Below, piece after piece: positions 27,473-32,000 of a DNA stretch of 32,000 bases. The stretch's first letter is position 1. The number at the start of each line of letters is the position of its first letter. Source of the DNA: Acidothermus cellulolyticus 11B (lineage in GTDB: Bacteria; Actinomycetota; Actinomycetes; Acidothermales; Acidothermaceae); the NCBI RefSeq assembly GCF_000015025.1, contig NC_008578.1, positions 1,080,001 to 1,112,000 on the forward strand, in the 5' to 3' direction. The notes beneath the pieces are model-generated. The model was not told the origin of the DNA, did no database searches, and saw only the letters and a list, made by a program, of their open reading frames with translations. The position numbers and the translations under genes are program-made.

Positions 27473-29389
27473 GTGAGCGATCTGCGGACGGGCCGGTCGC
27501 CGCGTCATCGACCACGCCCTACACGGACGCCGGCACAGCGGCGCCAGCTTCACCTGCCGGCGACCCGAGCGCTCCGACCGGATCCGCAGCGAACGCGGGC
27601 CGTGCCTCGCCGTCCGCTCCGCCCGCCGGTGCGGCGTGGGCTTCGGCTTGGCGAGCCGTCGCGACGGCTGCACGCCGTCCTGCTCGCCACCGTCTTCGTC
27701 GTGATCGTCTTCGGCCTGCGCCTCGTCGAGATCCAAGGCATCCAGGGTGAGGTCTACTCCCGTCAGGCTCAGGCCCAGTACCTGCGCAGCACGACCCTGC
27801 CCGCGCCGCGTGGCGAGATCGTTGATCGCAACGGTGCTGTCCTGGCCACCTCGGTGGACGCTCGCGACGTCGTCGTCGACCCGTCAATCGCCAAGCAATC
27901 GACGAGCCCAACCCCCCAGGTGATGGCCGCACGGCTCGCACCGTTGCTCGGTGTTCCTGCGTCGACGCTGCTCAGCAGGCTCACCGGACCGGGTCGGTTC
28001 GCATACCTAGCGCGCGGCGTCACGCCAGCGGTCGCCGCCAAGGTCCTCGCACTGGACCTGCCGGGGGTAGCGGACGAGCCTGTCCTGAAGCGGAGTTACC
28101 CCAACGGCTCCCTCGGCGCCAGTGTGATCGGTTTCGTCGGCATCGATGGCAACGGGCTCGGCGGTCTGGAGTACGCCTACGACGCGACGCTCGCCGGGCA
28201 CGCGGGACACCGGACCGTGGAGACGGGGTCCGACGGCACCGTCTTGCCGGACGGCGCGACCACGGTGACCCCGCCCGTGCCCGGAGAGGGCCTGCAGCTC
28301 ACCCTGGATCGCGACATCGAATGGGAAGCGCAGCAGGCACTCGCCCAGCAGGTCACCGCCACCGGCGCCAAGGGCGGCACTGTGATCGTGATGCGTCCAC
28401 GGACCGGTGAGATCCTCGCGATGGCGTCGGTTCCGACATTCGACCCAGCGCATCCGCAGGACGCGCCGCCAAGCGTTCTCGGCAACCCTGCCGTTTCCGA
28501 CGTCTTCGAACCGGGAAGCACGGCAAAGGTGATCACGATGGCGGCGGCGCTGGACAGCGGGATTCTCACCCCGACCTCAGTGATCGATGTCCCGCCGACC
28601 CTGGACCGCGCCGGTTACACGTTCCATGACGCCGAGCCGCACGGCGAGGAGAAGCTCACCCTCACCGGGGTACTCGCGCAATCGAGCAACATCGGCGCGA
28701 TCCTGGCCTCGGAGCGGGTCGGGACCCAGCGGCTGTATCAATACCTCCGGGCATTTGGTCTGGGGGAGCCGTCGGGGCTCGGCTTCCCCGGGGAGAGCGC
28801 GGGAGTGATCGGGACACCGCAGAGCTGGTCGGCATCGCAGCGGTACACGATCCCGTTCGGGCAGGGCATCGCGGTGAACGCCATGCAGGTTGCGGACGTT
28901 TACGCGACGATCGCCAACGGCGGCGTACGGGTGACTCCTACCTTGATCAAAGGAATCATCGGGCGGGACGGGACCCTCCACCCCGCGGCGCCGCCGAAGC
29001 AGACCCGCGTCATCTCCGCAGCAGCAGCCCGCCAGCTTGAGGAGATGCTCGAGGCGGTGACGACCGATCAGGGTACGGCGCCTGCGGCACGGATTCCCGG
29101 CTACCGGGTTGCCGGGAAGACCGGAACCGCGCAGCGGGTGGATCCCAGTTGCGCATGCTACCGCGGCTACACCGCGTCGTTCGTCGGTTTCGCCCCCGCC
29201 GATGATCCGCAGCTGCTTGTCCTCGTGGTCCTGGACGATCCGGTGAACGGCCACTTCGGCGGCGCCGTCGCTGCTCCGGTGTTCCGGCAGGTGATGTCGT
29301 TCGCGTTGCAGACCGAGAAGATTCCACCGACGGGTACGACGCCCCCGCAGCTTCCCTTGCAGGTCCCGTCAGACCAACCGGTAGGGTGA
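27473..29389 (+). CDS. ftsI: Class B penicillin-binding protein / peptidoglycan D,D-transpeptidase FtsI (PbpB)
   Basis: Arg/Pro-rich cytoplasmic N-terminus, one TM helix, and the transpeptidase motifs STAK (GSTAKVI), SSN (AQSSNIG) and KTGT (GKTGTAQ). The start is uncertain (GTG 27473 or GTG 27629). Confidence 0.9.
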   Translation: MSDLRTGRSPRHRPRPTRTPAQRRQLHLPATRALRPDPQRTRAVPRRPLRPPVRRGLRLGEPSRRLHAVLLATVFVVIVFGLRLVEIQGIQGEVYSRQAQAQYLRSTTLPAPRGEIVDRNGAVLATSVDARDVVVDPSIAKQSTSPTPQVMAARLAPLLGVPASTLLSRLTGPGRFAYLARGVTPAVAAKVLALDLPGVADEPVLKRSYPNGSLGASVIGFVGIDGNGLGGLEYAYDATLAGHAGHRTVETGSDGTVLPDGATTVTPPVPGEGLQLTLDRDIEWEAQQALAQQVTATGAKGGTVIVMRPRTGEILAMASVPTFDPAHPQDAPPSVLGNPAVSDVFEPGSTAKVITMAAALDSGILTPTSVIDVPPTLDRAGYTFHDAEPHGEEKLTLTGVLAQSSNIGAILASERVGTQRLYQYLRAFGLGEPSGLGFPGESAGVIGTPQSWSASQRYTIPFGQGIAVNAMQVADVYATIANGGVRVTPTLIKGIIGRDGTLHPAAPPKQTRVISAAAARQLEEMLEAVTTDQGTAPAARIPGYRVAGKTGTAQRVDPSCACYRGYTASFVGFAPADDPQLLVLVVLDDPVNGHFGGAVAAPVFRQVMSFALQTEKIPPTGTTPPQLPLQVPSDQPVG

Positions 29390-29395
29390 GCGGCC

Positions 29396-30964
29396 GTGCC
29401 TGACACCCTGCGGCCGGCACGGGTGGATCCGGTGCCGCTCGCCACTCTCGCCGCGCTGGCCCGCGCTGAACTCCGTGGCCCGGCGGCCGGCTCAACCGCC
29501 GGGATACTGATCTGCGGCGTCACTCATGATTCGCGCCGCGTGCAGCCCGGCGACCTGTTCGCGGCGCTTCCCGGCGCTCACACCCACGGCGCCCGGTACG
29601 TCGCCGACGCGGTGACTGCCGGCGCGGTCGCGGTTCTCACGGACCCGGCCGGCGCTTCCCTGATCAACCGCGAGGTTCCGTTGCTCATCTGCGCCGACCC
29701 GCGGAAAACGCTGGGACCCGTCGCGGCCGCCATTTATGGACATCCCGCCCGGGCGCTGGTGACCCTCGGTGTCACCGGCACCAACGGCAAGACGACCACT
29801 GTCTTCTTCCTGGACGCCGGATTGCGGGCCGCCGGCCATCGGACCGGCCTGCTGGGAACGGTGATGACCCGGCTTGGTGAGAGGACGGTGCCGAGTGCAC
29901 GCACCACGCCCGAGGCGCCCGACATCCAGGCACTTCTCGCGCGCATGCGCGACGACGGGATCACTGCTGCGGCGATGGAAGTATCCAGTCACGCCCTGGC
30001 CTTGCACCGCGTGGACGGAACCGGTTTCGCCTGCGTGGGGTTCACGAATCTGTCCCACGATCACCTGGACTTTCACGGAGACATGGAAAACTACTTTGCG
30101 GCCAAGGCCCGGCTGTTCCGCCCGGACTTTGCGCCGAAGGCGGTGATCGTCGTGGACGACGAGTACGGCCGGCGTCTCGCCGACACCGCACCGATCGCCG
30201 TCCGGACCGTCTCCGGCCGGCCGGAACACCTCCCGCCCGACCGCCGGCCGGACTGGCGGGTCGTGGCTGTCCGCGCCGCCGCCGCGGTGTCGCCGACCCG
30301 GCCCGCCGGGCAGGTGGCGACAGTTGCCGGACCGATCGGCGAGGTGGAGCTCTCGCTCCAGCTCCCTGGCCGGTTCAATCTGACCAATGCGCTGCTCGCC
30401 CTGGCCATCCTGGTCGAGGTCGGCATCCCGGTTGAGGCCGCGCGAGCGGGCATCGGTGACCTCGCCGGCGTACCCGGGCGGCTTGAACTTGTCGACGCCG
30501 GGCAGCCGTTCGCCGTTCTCGTCGACTACGCGCACACCCCGGAGGCGGTCGCGACGGTGGCCCGGGAAGTCCGTCCCGACCGCGGGCGCCTCATCATTGT
30601 GATCGGTTGCGGTGGTGACCGGGATCCGAGCAAGCGTCCTGCCATGGGCGCGGCAGCCGCCGAGTTGGCGGACCTGGCCATCTTCACCAGCGACAACCCC
30701 CGCAGTGAAGATCCAGAGGAGATCGTGGCCGCGATGCTCACCGGCGTGCCGGCGGTGACCGCCGACCGGCGCGCGGAGATCCGTGTGGAACTCGACCGGC
30801 ACGAGGCGATCAAGGACGCGATCCAGGCGGCCCGGCCGGGTGACGTCGTCCTCATCGCCGGCAAGGGTCATGAACAGGGGCAGGAGATCGGCGGGGTCGT
30901 GCATCCGTTCGACGATCGCTTGGCCGCCCGTGACGCACTTCGTTCCTGCGGGTGGGCGGCGTGA
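29396..30964 (+). CDS. murE: UDP-N-acetylmuramoyl-L-alanyl-D-glutamate--2,6-diaminopimelate ligase MurE
   Basis: Mur ligase P-loop GVTGTNGKTTT, plus DYAHTP and the DAP-specificity-type DNPRSEDP motif. dcw context. Confidence 0.95.
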   Translation: MPDTLRPARVDPVPLATLAALARAELRGPAAGSTAGILICGVTHDSRRVQPGDLFAALPGAHTHGARYVADAVTAGAVAVLTDPAGASLINREVPLLICADPRKTLGPVAAAIYGHPARALVTLGVTGTNGKTTTVFFLDAGLRAAGHRTGLLGTVMTRLGERTVPSARTTPEAPDIQALLARMRDDGITAAAMEVSSHALALHRVDGTGFACVGFTNLSHDHLDFHGDMENYFAAKARLFRPDFAPKAVIVVDDEYGRRLADTAPIAVRTVSGRPEHLPPDRRPDWRVVAVRAAAAVSPTRPAGQVATVAGPIGEVELSLQLPGRFNLTNALLALAILVEVGIPVEAARAGIGDLAGVPGRLELVDAGQPFAVLVDYAHTPEAVATVAREVRPDRGRLIIVIGCGGDRDPSKRPAMGAAAAELADLAIFTSDNPRSEDPEEIVAAMLTGVPAVTADRRAEIRVELDRHEAIKDAIQAARPGDVVLIAGKGHEQGQEIGGVVHPFDDRLAARDALRSCGWAA

Positions 30965-32000
30965 TCCCGCTGCCGCTTCGACTGGTCGCCCAGCTCGCCG
31001 GCGGCGGTCTCGCCGACGTCCCGGACCCTGAGCGGCCGGTGACCGGCCCGGTTGTCGCGGACTCCCGGCAGGTGACGCCCGGCGGGTTGTTTGTCGCGAT
31101 TCGGGGCGCACGGGTCGACGGGCACGCGTTCGCGGAACAGGCGGTGTCAGCCGGGGCGGTTGCCGTCCTGGCCGACCATCCGGTCGGCGTACCGGCGATC
31201 ATCGTGGATGACACGGTCCGCGGTCTTGGTCGGCTGGCCCACGGCTATCTCGACCTCCTGCCGGACCCGGTGGTCATTGGGATCACTGGGTCCAGTGGAA
31301 AGACCTCGACGAAGGATCTCGGTGCGCAGGTGCTGGCCCGGCTTGGCCCGACCGTTGCACCCACCGGGTCGCTCAATACCGAGGTCGGGCTGCCGCTCAC
31401 AGTCCTCCGGGCCGATCGGGACACCCGGTTTCTCGTGTTAGAGAAGAGCGCCCGCGGGGTCGGGCACATCGCGTATCTCTGCCGCATCGCCCCGCCGCGC
31501 ATCGGGGTGGTGTTGAACGTCGGCTCGGCGCACCTCGGCGAGTTCGGCAGCCGGGAAGCCATTGCCCAGGCGAAGGGGGAGCTGGTCGAGGCGTTGCCCG
31601 CGGACGGCACGGCCGTGCTCAACGCGGACGATCCGCTGGTGCTGGGGATGCGACACCGGACGCGGGCACGTGTCGTCACGTTCGGGACCTCCGCAGACGC
31701 CGACGTGCGGGCAACGGAGATCATGACCGATGCGACGGCCCGGCCGAGCTTCCGGCTGTGCTTCCCGGACGGTGCCGGGTTGCCGGTCGCGCTGCAGATG
31801 CACGGCGTCCACCACGTCTCCAACGCACTCGCGGTAGCGACGGTCGCCTGGGTGCTCGGACTCGGTGCTGAGGAGATCGCTGCCGCGCTCCGGGAGGCCA
31901 GGCCGCTCAGCCGATGGCGGATGGAGGTCACCACCCGGGACGACGGTGTCACGGTGATCAACGACGCGTACAACGCCAACCCCGAATCGATGACCGCGGC
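30961..32000 (+). CDS. murF: UDP-N-acetylmuramoyl-tripeptide--D-alanyl-D-alanine ligase MurF (partial, continues past the window end)
   Basis: GTG 30961 overlaps the murE stop (GTGA). I translated frame 1 by hand and it is open to position 32000. It contains GITGSSGKTSTKD and NDAYNANPESM. It is absent from the ORF track because no stop lies in the window. Confidence 0.9.
   Translation, partial: MIPLPLRLVAQLAGGGLADVPDPERPVTGPVVADSRQVTPGGLFVAIRGARVDGHAFAEQAVSAGAVAVLADHPVGVPAIIVDDTVRGLGRLAHGYLDLLPDPVVIGITGSSGKTSTKDLGAQVLARLGPTVAPTGSLNTEVGLPLTVLRADRDTRFLVLEKSARGVGHIAYLCRIAPPRIGVVLNVGSAHLGEFGSREAIAQAKGELVEALPADGTAVLNADDPLVLGMRHRTRARVVTFGTSADADVRATEIMTDATARPSFRLCFPDGAGLPVALQMHGVHHVSNALAVATVAWVLGLGAEEIAAALREARPLSRWRMEVTTRDDGVTVINDAYNANPESMTA

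Noticed and set aside
27473-27628. The Arg/Pro-rich 52-codon N-terminus of FtsI as a possible mis-called start.
   Set aside because: Long basic cytoplasmic N-termini are normal for actinobacterial PbpB/FtsI. It is left as an alternative-start note only.

Overview
This is a high-GC (roughly 68-70%) actinobacterial chromosomal core segment. I saw no rRNA, tRNA, CRISPR array or mobile-element genes. All calls rest on reading the ORF translations for family motifs and reading the DNA by eye; no searches were run.

Gene order, left to right:
- Tail of an EEP-fold nuclease/phosphatase, a Pro-rich membrane protein (-), a PlsC-type acyltransferase, 6-phosphofructokinase and a class II DAHP synthase.
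- A tight minus-strand array: thiO-thiS-thiG (behind a TPP riboswitch), a PASTA Ser/Thr kinase and endonuclease IV.
- Divergent thiE and metF, then a YbaK-like deacylase (-).
- The SOS mutasome cassette imuA'-imuB-dnaE2, behind a perfect LexA box.
- A SAV_6107-type HEPN-like gene behind a second perfect LexA box, a ~520 bp apparently non-coding gap and a DUF3040 membrane protein.
- A minus-strand MoxR ATPase-DUF58-transglutaminase operon.
- The start of the dcw cluster: mraZ-rsmH-ftsL-ftsI-murE-murF, with murF running off the window.

The order resembles the neighbourhood upstream of the dcw cluster in Mycobacterium and Streptomyces (acyltransferase, aroG, kinase, metF, DUF3040, mraZ), as recalled from memory.

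Most interesting observations:
1. An apparently undescribed LexA-controlled HEPN-like gene sits between the mutasome and the division cluster.
2. A non-coding island lies just downstream of that gene.
3. Several short tandem repeats sit at gene junctions. Most have unit lengths that are multiples of 3 and lie at putative 5' ends of genes. Two (25 bp and 22 bp) lie in clearly non-coding DNA.
4. Three copies of a TTCCGG-N3-CCGGA palindrome lie in a divergent promoter region.
5. Four phased MraZ-type boxes lie upstream of mraZ, and a strong hairpin lies in the mraZ-rsmH spacer.

None of these is proven to be a new system; each is a testable lead.
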